Positions 13,877 to 23,891 of a DNA stretch of 33,398 nucleotides are shown here, piece by piece. Origin of the DNA: a virus; UHGV virus genome UHGV-0115916; one strand, written 5' to 3'. Made by a program: the position numbers and the translations under genes. The notes beneath the pieces are model-generated. The model searched no databases. It saw nothing but the letters and a program-made list of their open reading frames with translations, and was not told the DNA's origin. Within the stretch, counting starts at the first letter, position 1, and the number at the start of each line of letters is the position of its first letter.

Positions 13877-16800
13877 TTATTTATTCATTAGTTGTTGTAC
13901 TAATGCTTTTAGTTCATCAATTTGTGATTGTTGATAATCATTATCTTTCTTCAATGATTGAACCGATCCCATTAAATCCATAACAATTGGGTTAACATCG
14001 ATAGACGGTCTATCGCGTGTTAGTTGTTCTACTATGTTTCCTTCTTCATCAAGTACTTCATCATAGATTTCTGGATTGTGTTTCACATACTGAGGTGTGT
14101 TTATTTCTGACTCTTCGGCAATAATCCCAAAACGCTGGCGTTTTTGTTCATCATCTTTATAGACAAAATTAACCATTTTTTGAGATAAAATTCTTTCTAA
14201 CGCTTCGTCGGTTTTTGCTTCTACAATATCTTCTTTATAGTCTCTACCGGATGTACCTTGTAAAGCCAATGCACCACCACCTAGCGGTAGTGAGATCCAA
14301 TATTGTGGGCTTCCTGCTGCTGTGTAGGTCTGGAATCCGTAGTTGCCTACAGTTTCTGAAAAACCAGCACGGATACGTACAACACCATTTGATGCAAGAT
14401 TACATGTATAAGAGGCTGAACCGTTGGAACGTAGCATAATTGCATCAGTACCAGCACTTGAACCACCACACGTAACACGGTTGCTAGTTACATCGAATGT
14501 ACCAGCACATGTAGTATTACCTAATGCAGTAATAACACCGCCGAAATTCATGGTATTAGTAGTACGTGAATAGTTGAATAGAGCTACACCACCTGTATTA
14601 TCACGGTTTAAACGGAATGATCCACCATCTGCTACAAATAGATATGTACTATCTGAGGAATCCGATTCTACAAATGATAAACATGGGTTTGTACTGGTAA
14701 TAGTTAATGGGTTTGACGCTGCGTTAGAGAATTTAGCAGTACCATTATTAGTTACGTTGATACCCGGCGTTGTAATTAGACTACTGAAATAAGAGCCACC
14801 ATTACTAAAGGTCATTAAGCCCTGTCCAACGGTTGCGGAACCTTCACCAACATAGATACGTGCATCATAATCGTTTCCAGTACCGCTACTGTGAAAATCA
14901 ATAAATGATCCCGCCTTTGTTGTTGTACTGCCTAATTCAAAACCTACTGTACTTGTATTTAATGTACCAACCTGTAAGCCACCAGTTTTAATAGTTTGTG
15001 ACCCGTTCCATTGGTTACCACCATCTAGCGTTGGGATAGTTACACCCAATTGATCATTCGTTAGGTATTCTTTCCATGCAGTCCACCCCGCCGTACCAGC
15101 TAATACACGTCTCCATTTACGATTACTTGCGTAGGATGTATATTCTTGTACACAAGCCTGTGCGGTTCCTGCACCAGTTGGATATACGTATAAACCGCCA
15201 GCCTCGGCAATTGGGTATTTGTTAGCAGGGGTTGCACTTGCGTTTAGTGTTTGGTAATAGAATCCAGATTGAGCCGCACCCAATGTATCTAGGTTAACAC
15301 TAGCGGCTAGTGCCGTCTGACTACGGTACATTGCCTGTAAATTATTACGGGCTGCATCTACACTATTTGCACCAGTACCGCCCTCTGTAATTGCAAGTTT
15401 ATTCGTTAGTGTTAGTACACCATTGAAATGTAAACTTGCAGCCATAATATTCATTGAACCACTACCAGCCGCCGTAGTAGAACCGCCTGTAGATTGAATA
15501 CGAGAATCATAATCTACGGTACTACCGGAACTGTGAAAATCAATATAAGATGTACTAGCCGCTACTGTAGAGCCAATTTCAATACCGCCACCTGTGGAAG
15601 AATTAGCCGCAAATCTATTTTGATTGCCGTTAAATTGTTGGTTACCAGACCATGTATTTTCTGTACTTAATAGTGGGATTGTTGCACCAGAAGTACCAGT
15701 ATTAATTACTGCTGAAGTACCTAAGCCTAAGTTTGTACGTGCGTTAGCTACGTTAGTTAAATCAGATAGGTTACTTGCCTTAATAAGATACTTACCATCC
15801 ATTGCAGTACTTGTAACGATACCTAAGTTTACTTGTGCCTGTGCAACGGTACTAGCACCTGTGCCACCGTTCGCCACTGGTACGATATCGAAAGTACCCG
15901 CCGCTTTAACGCCTAAGTTTGTACGTGCTTCTGCTGCCGTCTTAGCACCAGTACCGCCATTTGCTACCGTTAGAGCTTGACCTAAAGTTAATGATCCTGC
16001 ACTTGCTACGCCTAAAGTAGAAGTAGTGGTTTTAATACTTTCACCAGTGATTGCACCAGTTGCCTCTACATCTGCACCCGTAATTTTATTTGCAGAAATT
16101 AAGCTATTGACTTTGACATTACCGGAAAATGTTTTATTCCCTGCAATAGTCTGATCACCAGTTAGAGCTACATACTTTGTATCACCTAGATTAGTTGTTA
16201 AAATACGTTGCCATGCGGTAGTCTGGTTTTTTGCATAGATTGCAAGTGAACCTGTTTTAGTCATTGCGATAGAACTAAAAGTAGTACCATCAATTAGACC
16301 TACACCCATCATATCAGCACTGGCTGGATTACCCACTTGTGACGCTGGGATCTTGATAAAGCTGTTACCTAGTGGGCGTTCTGGTTGATACTGTGGTACA
16401 TCACCACCATTACTACCTACACCATAGGAACCTTCTACTAATGCTGCACTTGCTAACGCCGTACCATCACGTGTAATAACGTCTGTAGGTACAAAAGAAT
16501 AGGTTTTCATTACTACGGTATCTTTATCACCAGATACGTTAGCTGATTGGATTTGACCATTAACCATTGAATAATTGATTAAACCATCTTCAATATTGTA
16601 GCGTAGTGTTAATTGAAATTCTTTTTGACTCTCGGTTGCAGCATCTAAGAAAGCATGTGTTTCATCATCTGGAATATAGTTAACAGTAATATCAATATTA
16701 TCTACGTTTTGTTCTGCTGCTAGTTTAGATGAGTACTCACTATCGTATGTTTCAAGTGTTTGTATCTCACTTTCGATTCCAAATGACGGCATCGCTGCCA

Positions 16801-16903
16801 ATTCGTTTATTTCTTCGTTGCCTGCATTATCGGGAATACGGTTAGCAGTATCATTATTATAGAATAACTTAAAGTTATTACCTGTAAAAATATCATTACT
16901 CAT
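13877..16903 (-). CDS. Tail fibre protein with N-terminal tail-tube-like domain and C-terminal intramolecular-chaperone-like domain
   Basis: 1008 aa; N-terminal ~150 aa aligns with the 152-aa major tail protein (DIFTG/DIFSG, VNYIPDDETH/VNYLPDNETH, GDKDTVVMK/GDKDAVVTK); repeated NGGTGA...NLG fibre repeats in the middle; C-terminus (GRDYKEDI ... RFGIIAEE ... IDELKALVQQL) resembles peptidase-S74-type autoprocessing chaperone domains. Confidence 0.7.
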   Translation of the reverse strand: MSNDIFTGNNFKLFYNNDTANRIPDNAGNEEINELAAMPSFGIESEIQTLETYDSEYSSKLAAEQNVDNIDITVNYIPDDETHAFLDAATESQKEFQLTLRYNIEDGLINYSMVNGQIQSANVSGDKDTVVMKTYSFVPTDVITRDGTALASAALVEGSYGVGSNGGDVPQYQPERPLGNSFIKIPASQVGNPASADMMGVGLIDGTTFSSIAMTKTGSLAIYAKNQTTAWQRILTTNLGDTKYVALTGDQTIAGNKTFSGNVKVNSLISANKITGADVEATGAITGESIKTTTSTLGVASAGSLTLGQALTVANGGTGAKTAAEARTNLGVKAAGTFDIVPVANGGTGASTVAQAQVNLGIVTSTAMDGKYLIKASNLSDLTNVANARTNLGLGTSAVINTGTSGATIPLLSTENTWSGNQQFNGNQNRFAANSSTGGGIEIGSTVAASTSYIDFHSSGSTVDYDSRIQSTGGSTTAAGSGSMNIMAASLHFNGVLTLTNKLAITEGGTGANSVDAARNNLQAMYRSQTALAASVNLDTLGAAQSGFYYQTLNASATPANKYPIAEAGGLYVYPTGAGTAQACVQEYTSYASNRKWRRVLAGTAGWTAWKEYLTNDQLGVTIPTLDGGNQWNGSQTIKTGGLQVGTLNTSTVGFELGSTTTKAGSFIDFHSSGTGNDYDARIYVGEGSATVGQGLMTFSNGGSYFSSLITTPGINVTNNGTAKFSNAASNPLTITSTNPCLSFVESDSSDSTYLFVADGGSFRLNRDNTGGVALFNYSRTTNTMNFGGVITALGNTTCAGTFDVTSNRVTCGGSSAGTDAIMLRSNGSASYTCNLASNGVVRIRAGFSETVGNYGFQTYTAAGSPQYWISLPLGGGALALQGTSGRDYKEDIVEAKTDEALERILSQKMVNFVYKDDEQKRQRFGIIAEESEINTPQYVKHNPEIYDEVLDEEGNIVEQLTRDRPSIDVNPIVMDLMGSVQSLKKDNDYQQSQIDELKALVQQLMNK

Positions 16904-16917
16904 TTCTCTATATTTCC

Positions 16918-17322
16918 TTATTGTTTTTGAGTTGCTACAATATTTATAGAGAATGATAAAGATTGATAACCAGTAGTCGGATCTGTAACTACTTCCCCAT
17001 TGTCGAATGCATATGATAATAGTGTTACTGCATTATCTTTAAATTCTTTAATTGTATTTGTTTTGAAATAATCCATAATTTCCCCGAAAATATCGGCGGG
17101 AAGTTTTACTGATGGTTCGGGTACTAACAGGAATTGAAAATCAAATGTTCCCGTTTGTCTTTGAGTACCGAAATTTGTTAGGTTATAACTCTGGTTTACA
17201 CTAACTAGAATGAATAGATCCTTACCTGCCTGAATATTCATAGCCTTTCGGATTGGTTGAATATTATTCAAACTCGTAATTATCGTGGTTTGTACGTCTT
17301 TTAACAGTGCCATAATTACCAC
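16918..17322 (-). CDS. Head-tail connector / neck protein (tail terminator or completion candidate)
   Basis: 134-aa ORF between the capsid and tail genes; function assigned by position only. Confidence 0.4.
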   Translation of the reverse strand: MVIMALLKDVQTTIITSLNNIQPIRKAMNIQAGKDLFILVSVNQSYNLTNFGTQRQTGTFDFQFLLVPEPSVKLPADIFGEIMDYFKTNTIKEFKDNAVTLLSYAFDNGEVVTDPTTGYQSLSFSINIVATQKQ

Positions 17323-17636
17323 CCATAGTTATTAATGGATGTTAGGCGTATATAGATTTCACTGATACCGCTTAAATCATCGTATACATTACTTACTGTA
17401 TAACTAACACCGCCGATACCTAGAATAGTACCTGCTGTAATATTATGCGTTTTAATATCTGCTGACTTTGCAGAAATAAACGTTTCTACACTTTCTACTA
17501 ATCCTTCAGTACCGCTATCTAACACAACGGGGCGTACATCTACTATACCCGTAAATGACGCCCCGTTAATTGTGATAGGTTCACCAAAGGCATTTAAGAA
17601 AGTAGAATCAATTTGATTACTTGTAAAATGCCTCAT
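17316..17636 (-). CDS. Head-tail joining / head completion protein candidate
   Basis: 106-aa ORF directly downstream of the capsid gene; function assigned by position only. Confidence 0.4.
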   Translation of the reverse strand: MRHFTSNQIDSTFLNAFGEPITINGASFTGIVDVRPVVLDSGTEGLVESVETFISAKSADIKTHNITAGTILGIGGVSYTVSNVYDDLSGISEIYIRLTSINNYGW

Positions 17637-17645
17637 GGGTAATCC

Positions 17646-19496
17646 TTATGCTTGTAGTTTAATTTGTACGAATGCTTCCTCGTGACCGATTGCAGTGTCG
17701 AGATATTGGAAACTACGAATAGCGATAGTTTGAGCCGCACGATAAGTAGTATCGTCAAAATCTAGTTCTTGGCCTTCATTCCAGTTAGCGAAAATTAGCT
17801 CTGAGAAGTCACCGATTAGAATGGTATCTTGTGCAACGAAAGTAGATTCAATTACACGTACTTCATCGTTTAGCCACATGTCATAGCGATGACCTGCTAC
17901 CATTGCTACGGCTGCGGTATTGCTGAGAACTGCGGTTTGACGTAGTTTTGCTAGCATTGCTGGATGCACGATAGCTACACAACGATTAACATCAACGTTT
18001 GCTACACCTAGTGCCTCAATTGCTTTTTGTACGTCTGCTTCGGTTACTGTACCCGCTGCTGCTGTTTCTTGTACTGGTACTGCTAGTGCAATTTTATCAA
18101 ATACTGCTTTTTCTAGACCGTTAGAGCAATGGCGTAGTAGTTCATCAGTTACATAACGTTCAGTTGCTGCATTGCTTAGTAGCATTGCTTTAGTAACTTT
18201 AATACCTGCTGCAAACATAGTAGGCTTTAGAGTGATCTTGTCGAAAGATTCAAAACCATCTACTACGGATTCATCTTCACCGTAGAATTTCGCTACAGGG
18301 TTCATACCTTTAGCACGTGGGATAGAGAAATTACCACGACCTGCTAGGCCACCAAATACAGTAACAGGTAGTTGACCTAGTACAGTACGTGCTAGTAGTT
18401 CACGTAGATAAGAGTCGGCTAGTTGTTCTTTAACTAGACCTGCTGCGGTAACAGTAGAGGTAGTATCTGAAGTAGAACGTACCATTGCATTTAGATCAGC
18501 ACTATAACCACGTGAACCTTTATCAAAAGTTGCTAGTTGGTTATCTTCACCTTTAAGACTACGTAGACCTTCAGCGATTAGAGATTTATTTTCCATTTGT
18601 TTGATATCCTTATCAATTGATTTATCTTTATTTAGTAGTGAGCGTTTAAATTCATCTACGCTTACACCGTTTTTAATTGCTTCTTCGGTACTAATCCCTA
18701 GTACGTTAGAAATAGATTGAAGTTCGCGTACACGCTTATCTTCTACATCTTTATTTAGTTTTTCTTGAATATTGATTTCAGTAGTTGCAATAGAACGTTC
18801 TTCTACTAGTTCCACTTCTTGAAGTGGTTCGGATACTTCTTCTTTTACTTCTTCTTCTTTCACATCTTCAGCGACTACTACAACTTCTTCAGTAACTTCT
18901 AATTCTGGTTGTACTTCTACTTCCTGAATTTCTTCTACGGCTTCTACTTGTGGTAATTCTTGTTTTTGTTCTTCCATGATTGGTTGATCCTCTAAAGTGA
19001 TTTCTTCATTTCTATTTAGTGATCTTCCAATTCCTACTGTATTGTCTGCGGGGGTACTTACTGAACTTAATTCATATGGTTCCCATCGAGTTACATATAA
19101 ATTATCACCTTCAAAGTAATAATCTTTAATGTTGTAACCTACTGATACTTTCGGGCGAATGCCTTCTAAGATCATACCGAAAATAGTTGTAGCACTTCCT
19201 AAAGCACTAAAGCGTACTGTTGCACGACATACTTTATCCATATCTACGCGGGCGTTTTCTACTATTCCAACTTGACGCATTGCATCATGTTCTACTAGAA
19301 CTGGTGCACCATCATTAAGACGGTTTAAATCTACGTTCTCTGGATTGCATAGAAGGATCTCATTAAATAGAGATCCGTTGATTTCGCGAGTTACTGGAAT
19401 TTCTGAGGCAAAAGATAATTCGACGGTACGATCATTTTCATCAATAGCATTACTGATCTGTGTTAGATTGATCGCCCTCTTCTGGTTCAATTCCAT
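17646..19496 (-). CDS. Prohead protease - major capsid protein fusion (HK97 family)
   Basis: 616 aa; N-terminal ~150 aa matches the HK97-type prohead protease pattern (GAPVLVEHD..., KVSVGY, ELSSVSTPADN); acidic Glu/Val-rich linker (aa ~170-230); C-terminal ~300 aa consistent with an HK97-fold capsid protein; 47-nt overlap with the portal ORF makes the start uncertain. Confidence 0.7.
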   Translation of the reverse strand: MELNQKRAINLTQISNAIDENDRTVELSFASEIPVTREINGSLFNEILLCNPENVDLNRLNDGAPVLVEHDAMRQVGIVENARVDMDKVCRATVRFSALGSATTIFGMILEGIRPKVSVGYNIKDYYFEGDNLYVTRWEPYELSSVSTPADNTVGIGRSLNRNEEITLEDQPIMEEQKQELPQVEAVEEIQEVEVQPELEVTEEVVVVAEDVKEEEVKEEVSEPLQEVELVEERSIATTEINIQEKLNKDVEDKRVRELQSISNVLGISTEEAIKNGVSVDEFKRSLLNKDKSIDKDIKQMENKSLIAEGLRSLKGEDNQLATFDKGSRGYSADLNAMVRSTSDTTSTVTAAGLVKEQLADSYLRELLARTVLGQLPVTVFGGLAGRGNFSIPRAKGMNPVAKFYGEDESVVDGFESFDKITLKPTMFAAGIKVTKAMLLSNAATERYVTDELLRHCSNGLEKAVFDKIALAVPVQETAAAGTVTEADVQKAIEALGVANVDVNRCVAIVHPAMLAKLRQTAVLSNTAAVAMVAGHRYDMWLNDEVRVIESTFVAQDTILIGDFSELIFANWNEGQELDFDDTTYRAAQTIAIRSFQYLDTAIGHEEAFVQIKLQA

Positions 19497-20943
19497 TTTC
19501 CATTTTTTCCTTTTGTATTTCTTCCATGACTACCGCCGGGTCATAACCCATTTCACTAATAACCATTGCTTTACTCTTAAGTCCTGAATCAATTGCAAGT
19601 ACCTCAGTTTGAAGGTCTTTATATGGATCAAGTGAGATTTGGCGAGTTGGTACATATTGGGCATGAGTTAGATTATTGAAGTCACTAAAACTTAAATTGC
19701 TTAATGCACTATTATTTATCATTGCTGCTTTCAACCACGTAACATAAAGAGGCTTAAGTACAGAAACGATTAACGCATTAGTACGAGTTTTAAATGTTGA
19801 TTGTTGTAGTTTGTCCGTTAGTTTTGCTGCACTAAATGAAGCATTACTAGTATCAGAGGTTAGGGATTGTTTTGTAATATCAAGCCCCATTGCAATCATC
19901 ATTAATTGGTTATCTACGAATTCACTAATACCATCTGTAGTTTGTGTAGGGTTAACAGTTTTAATATCCTGTCCTGCCTGTAGTTCTACGATAGCTGCCG
20001 GATTTAGATAATCTTGTTCATAGTAAGAAACATCATCACCTTTTAGTAATTCGATTTCATCACTATCTGGATTAGTAATAAATGCCATTGCTGAAGCTGC
20101 TACTTTACGAGAAGTAATAGCCGCAACCATGAATTCTTCTAATTCTTTTAATTTATCAGTACCTGCATGTACATCTGGAATACCGCGTTGCTGTGTTGGG
20201 TAGTCCTGCTGGAATAGGTGTAGAATCTCTTCTGCTGGTACTCGTTCACGTTCACCTAAAAGGTAGTTGTACATGATAGGGTTATAGCGAGTAATCCAAT
20301 ATGCAACCGGGCGATTAGTATCAATATCAAATTCAATACCATTACTGATATAGTTACCTGAAGGTAGAATCTGGTTTTCATATGTACTAATTCGCATTGA
20401 GTCGATGATCTCTACCTGTGGCATACCATCACGCGTTTGGTGAATGCGGATAAAGCAATCTCCATCGATACTACGAGTACGTTCTACAAGGCGTTGGAAT
20501 GTACTGATATCAAGCGTACCGCAACGGGAAAAGGCTTTAGGATCTTCGGCCCATGCATAAAAAGCATCTTCTAACTGTTTATTCACCTGTTGGTTTACTT
20601 TGTCATCCTGTGAACTATGCGAACAAGGGCGAATATATAGACCATCTGCACCAGTAACACCCGCTGAGTTAGTCGCAACGTACTTTTTAACGATACCGTT
20701 TTTAATAGATAGTTCACGGCTTGCCGCTACCATCACTGGTAAAGTACGATTAATAATTGCGTTAATGTTCCCGGCTTGATTTCCTGCGGTGAATCCGAAT
20801 GAAATAACAGGACTACTTGAACCTAGATTTAGGGAAGTCATAGCACGTTTCATTGGGTTGTTTTTCATTAATGCAGTTTTATGTATTTGTACTTTTGGTT
20901 TTTCTGGTTCCTGTACTTTTTTATTTTTATTCCATCCGAACAT
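19450..20943 (-). CDS. Portal protein (lambda gpB-like family)
   Basis: 497 aa between the terminase and capsid genes; acidic C-terminus; size and position typical of portal proteins. Confidence 0.8.
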   Translation of the reverse strand: MFGWNKNKKVQEPEKPKVQIHKTALMKNNPMKRAMTSLNLGSSSPVISFGFTAGNQAGNINAIINRTLPVMVAASRELSIKNGIVKKYVATNSAGVTGADGLYIRPCSHSSQDDKVNQQVNKQLEDAFYAWAEDPKAFSRCGTLDISTFQRLVERTRSIDGDCFIRIHQTRDGMPQVEIIDSMRISTYENQILPSGNYISNGIEFDIDTNRPVAYWITRYNPIMYNYLLGERERVPAEEILHLFQQDYPTQQRGIPDVHAGTDKLKELEEFMVAAITSRKVAASAMAFITNPDSDEIELLKGDDVSYYEQDYLNPAAIVELQAGQDIKTVNPTQTTDGISEFVDNQLMMIAMGLDITKQSLTSDTSNASFSAAKLTDKLQQSTFKTRTNALIVSVLKPLYVTWLKAAMINNSALSNLSFSDFNNLTHAQYVPTRQISLDPYKDLQTEVLAIDSGLKSKAMVISEMGYDPAVVMEEIQKEKMENGIEPEEGDQSNTDQ

Positions 20944-21470
20944 TAACGCCCCCTATGAAATGTTGTAATAGATTTAATAGGGCTACCTGCGTTTAGTCCT
21001 TTCATATCTGAAATTAAATCGTTTGCCCTTTTAACATAGGTAGAACGTAGGCGTAGAAGTACTTCGCTTGATTCATAAGTTAGGGCTTTATTTTGTATTG
21101 ATTGACTTAGTACACCACCACCTTTAATACGGTCTAGTGTAATTTGGTCAATATCTTTTATGATCTGAATTAGATCATTATATTCTGAGGCTTTACTAGT
21201 TGGATCAGTTACTTCAAATTGTTGTACACCGTATGCTTTAGGACTATCAATAATTGCAGTCCAGATACCCACGCCCCACGTATTAGTATCAATATCAGGG
21301 AATGGGTAAACATAGGAAGTTTTAACACCGTTAGGATCTATCAAATCGATATTAGTTCCTTCTGGATAGTTGAAAGTAATTGTTTCACCTTTGATAATAT
21401 CGCCTTTTAAATCAACTTTGCGAACAATTGCCATTTGTTTTATTTCCTTATTTAAAGAATCCTCCACCAC
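20943..21470 (-). CDS. Hypothetical protein in the lambda gpW position (possible head-tail joining protein)
   Basis: 175-aa ORF between the large terminase and portal genes; no motif recognised. Confidence 0.4.
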   Translation of the reverse strand: MVEDSLNKEIKQMAIVRKVDLKGDIIKGETITFNYPEGTNIDLIDPNGVKTSYVYPFPDIDTNTWGVGIWTAIIDSPKAYGVQQFEVTDPTSKASEYNDLIQIIKDIDQITLDRIKGGGVLSQSIQNKALTYESSEVLLRLRSTYVKRANDLISDMKGLNAGSPIKSITTFHRGR

Positions 21471-23376
21471 GTCTAGACGGACGTACTACACGACCTGTTT
21501 TTACTGGTGCTGGTTCTTCTTTATTTACTTCTTTATTTAGTCCTTTCTCTTTTTGTTTGGCGTTGAATTCGCGTAGTTTGCGGAATGGCTGATTACCTAA
21601 TTTAGATAGATACCAGTGGAAACATATTAAAGCGTAGTTAAGACAATCAAGCGTTTCATTCCTTGCTGAACTAATTTTCTTAACCCATACCCACGCCCCA
21701 GCTTTAATAACTCTCTTCTCACTTGATACCTGAATAAAGTAATCATCTGGTACTGAATGGCTGAAGTGTATTTGTACTTCACTACTATTACCACTATCCG
21801 ATACTGCACGGTTTAATAGTTGTCTAATATTACTTTTCCCTAAGTTTACGTTTAGGTTTATTAGACTATGACCACCAGCCGTAGAGCCTTTAAAGAGTGG
21901 GTTAGTATTTGAAGTACCGCCCTTGATTGGTTTAAAGATTGTCGATGCACTACAATAGCGATATACCGTACTGGTTGCGTTACCGTTCGAACTATCTACA
22001 AAACCTGCAAGTACTTTAAGTGGTTTACCGGATACGGTTTTAAAGTTAGTTTGTGAAAATGCTGTTAGCTTATTCCATGCGGGAGCCTCTATTTTAGTAC
22101 AGTCAATGCTATGAATACTGCGATGATCGAGTACATAAAGATTCTTTTCACTTATTCCTAACGTTGTTACTTCAAGGCGGTCTAACTGTTGGTCTACACC
22201 TAGTACGATTCCTTGACAGTCATCCGGCACGGTATCTATATCTATTGAACTATCACGTAGGTTTTCAAGTAATACTAAATCATGATCGGTATTCTCTTTA
22301 TCAATATAAGGAAGTCCTAAGACGTTATTGTAGAATGAGGCTAGATCAAATGTATAATGTGCTTCGGCAAAATCCTGTACTATTGATTTGATCGAGTTAA
22401 TCGGGGAGTATAAACGGCTAATATGATACCCCATGATATCCGTTACTTCTGGTACTGTAGCTATCCATTCACCCTTACGTATCATTCTTACACGTTCGGC
22501 TTCTGTGATTACATTATTACACTTAGGACATTGTAGTTTTGCTGTCTCTGCATCTGGAATGCGACGACGACCACCATCAATAATTTTCCAGTCGAATTTA
22601 ACATTTTCAAATACTAATTCATGTGCATGATCACAATGTGGGCAAGGTACGTAGAACTTCTGTTTATTACTTTGCTCGTACTGCTGAGTGATTAAATCAT
22701 TCTCATCAAGTGGTGTAGAACAAACCATAATAAGAGGGTTGCTAAAAGCCTTTGTACGCTGTTCTGCTAGCTTTAGTGGGTTCCCTTCATCACCATCTGC
22801 ATCTACGTTAGATATTTCGTCAAGAAAGATACGGGGGGCTGTCAAGCCTCGCAAATTCGCACTACTACCCAATGTTAGGAAGTACGTAAAAGTACCGTCT
22901 AAGTTTTGTTGTGTCTTATCATTATTAGTATAGTTTTTATCATTCTTATTACTGACTAGATTTTTAAGTACTGCACATGCTTCGATTACTGATTGCCATT
23001 TACCAGTACGAAACTTACTAGTAGTGCTGGCTGTTGCACCTGCGAAAATTAGATTGCTTGGATCATTTGCGAGGAAGTAGTACATACTATTCTGTAAAAC
23101 TGTTGTTTTGAGAAGTTGTGCACTGCTCATCAAAACTATTTTTCTAATTCTTGGATTAGTAATGTCATTTATGGGCTTGTGCTGAAAGGAAAATAACTTT
23201 ACGCGTTGTCCTTGTAGTTCCCCATCCGGGAATACTAAATTATTCTCTACCCATTCCGCTGGTAGTTGTCGCTTCGGAGGTAGGATCGACTTCGCCGCCC
23301 TCGTTAGTACCTTCATCATCTTCTGGTAGTTGTTCATCCGTGTATGTTCCTTCATATTCATAGCTACCAATTTCAT
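21448..23376 (-). CDS. Terminase large subunit (lambda gpA-like)
   Basis: 642 aa; VPCPHCDHAHELVF ... CPKCNN zinc-ribbon-like segment and DCLNYALICFHWYLSKL parallel lambda gpA (VACPHCGEEQYLKF; EALDCFVYALAAL); true start probably an internal Met (about 23316-23361) because the track ORF overlaps the small subunit gene by 137 nt. Confidence 0.85.
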   Translation of the reverse strand: MKLVAMNMKEHTRMNNYQKMMKVLTRAAKSILPPKRQLPAEWVENNLVFPDGELQGQRVKLFSFQHKPINDITNPRIRKIVLMSSAQLLKTTVLQNSMYYFLANDPSNLIFAGATASTTSKFRTGKWQSVIEACAVLKNLVSNKNDKNYTNNDKTQQNLDGTFTYFLTLGSSANLRGLTAPRIFLDEISNVDADGDEGNPLKLAEQRTKAFSNPLIMVCSTPLDENDLITQQYEQSNKQKFYVPCPHCDHAHELVFENVKFDWKIIDGGRRRIPDAETAKLQCPKCNNVITEAERVRMIRKGEWIATVPEVTDIMGYHISRLYSPINSIKSIVQDFAEAHYTFDLASFYNNVLGLPYIDKENTDHDLVLLENLRDSSIDIDTVPDDCQGIVLGVDQQLDRLEVTTLGISEKNLYVLDHRSIHSIDCTKIEAPAWNKLTAFSQTNFKTVSGKPLKVLAGFVDSSNGNATSTVYRYCSASTIFKPIKGGTSNTNPLFKGSTAGGHSLINLNVNLGKSNIRQLLNRAVSDSGNSSEVQIHFSHSVPDDYFIQVSSEKRVIKAGAWVWVKKISSARNETLDCLNYALICFHWYLSKLGNQPFRKLREFNAKQKEKGLNKEVNKEEPAPVKTGRVVRPSRRGGGFFK

Positions 23377-23812
23377 TTAATTGATCATCTATTTTTTCCT
23401 GTAGTTTGATTTTTAATTCTAATGCGTCTGCTGATTCGAATAATTCAACATAACTTGACGCGGGAATACTTCTTAATACTTGGCGTAGTTGGTAGAAGTA
23501 TTGGGATAAAGTTTGCTGTACTACTGCTACTGGTATTAGCTCGCCGGATTGCTGACGTAATTCCATTTCTTTAATATCAGCTTCTGCTTCTAACTTACGT
23601 AGTGTTGCTTTTTGTATTTGGCCTTTTGTATCACCGCTTCTTAGTGGTTCGATTACGTTTGCAAGTAACCAATCGTCAACTAATTTCTTAGGCCAGGTGA
23701 TATCTAAACCTTTACCAGACCATATACGGCTAACAGTAGAATGCTCTACGCCGAAACGATCCGCGATTTCTTGCCACGTGTAGCGGGTTCCATCGTCTTT
23801 AATTTTTGCCAT
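23240..23812 (-). CDS. Terminase small subunit (Nu1-like, N-terminal HTH)
   Basis: Start reassigned to ATG 23812 (MAKIKDDG...) with AAGGA RBS; YTWQEIADRFGVEHSTVSRIWSGKG helix-turn-helix; acidic C-terminal tail; directly upstream of the large subunit. Confidence 0.75.
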   Translation of the reverse strand: MAKIKDDGTRYTWQEIADRFGVEHSTVSRIWSGKGLDITWPKKLVDDWLLANVIEPLRSGDTKGQIQKATLRKLEAEADIKEMELRQQSGELIPVAVVQQTLSQYFYQLRQVLRSIPASSYVELFESADALELKIKLQEKIDDQLNEIGSYEYEGTYTDEQLPEDDEGTNEGGEVDPTSEATTTSGMGRE

Positions 23813-23891
23813 TTTGTTTAGTCCTTGTTTAGTACAATAAACCTGTACTTTCCTTTTATTTCGTTTTGTTTGTTTTCGATTAGAAATCCCA

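Noticed and set aside
15624-15980. Plus-strand 118-aa ORF with repeated APVPPFAT
   Set aside because: Antisense image of the GGTGA fibre repeats inside the 1008-aa fibre gene; the repeat reflects the sense-strand tandem repeats, not a separate gene.
13877-16903. The 1008-aa ORF as an assembly or frameshift artefact joining a duplicated major tail protein gene to a fibre gene
   Set aside because: Its N-terminal domain is clearly diverged from the downstream major tail protein rather than a duplicate, and the frame is continuous; treated as a genuine fusion pending comparison with other isolates.
21219-22933. Plus-strand ORFs 21219..21410, 22164..22391, 22433..22630, 22688..22933 and minus-strand 21627..21809
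   Set aside because: All lie inside the large terminase or the 20943..21470 gene in alternative frames or antisense; no RBS and no motifs.
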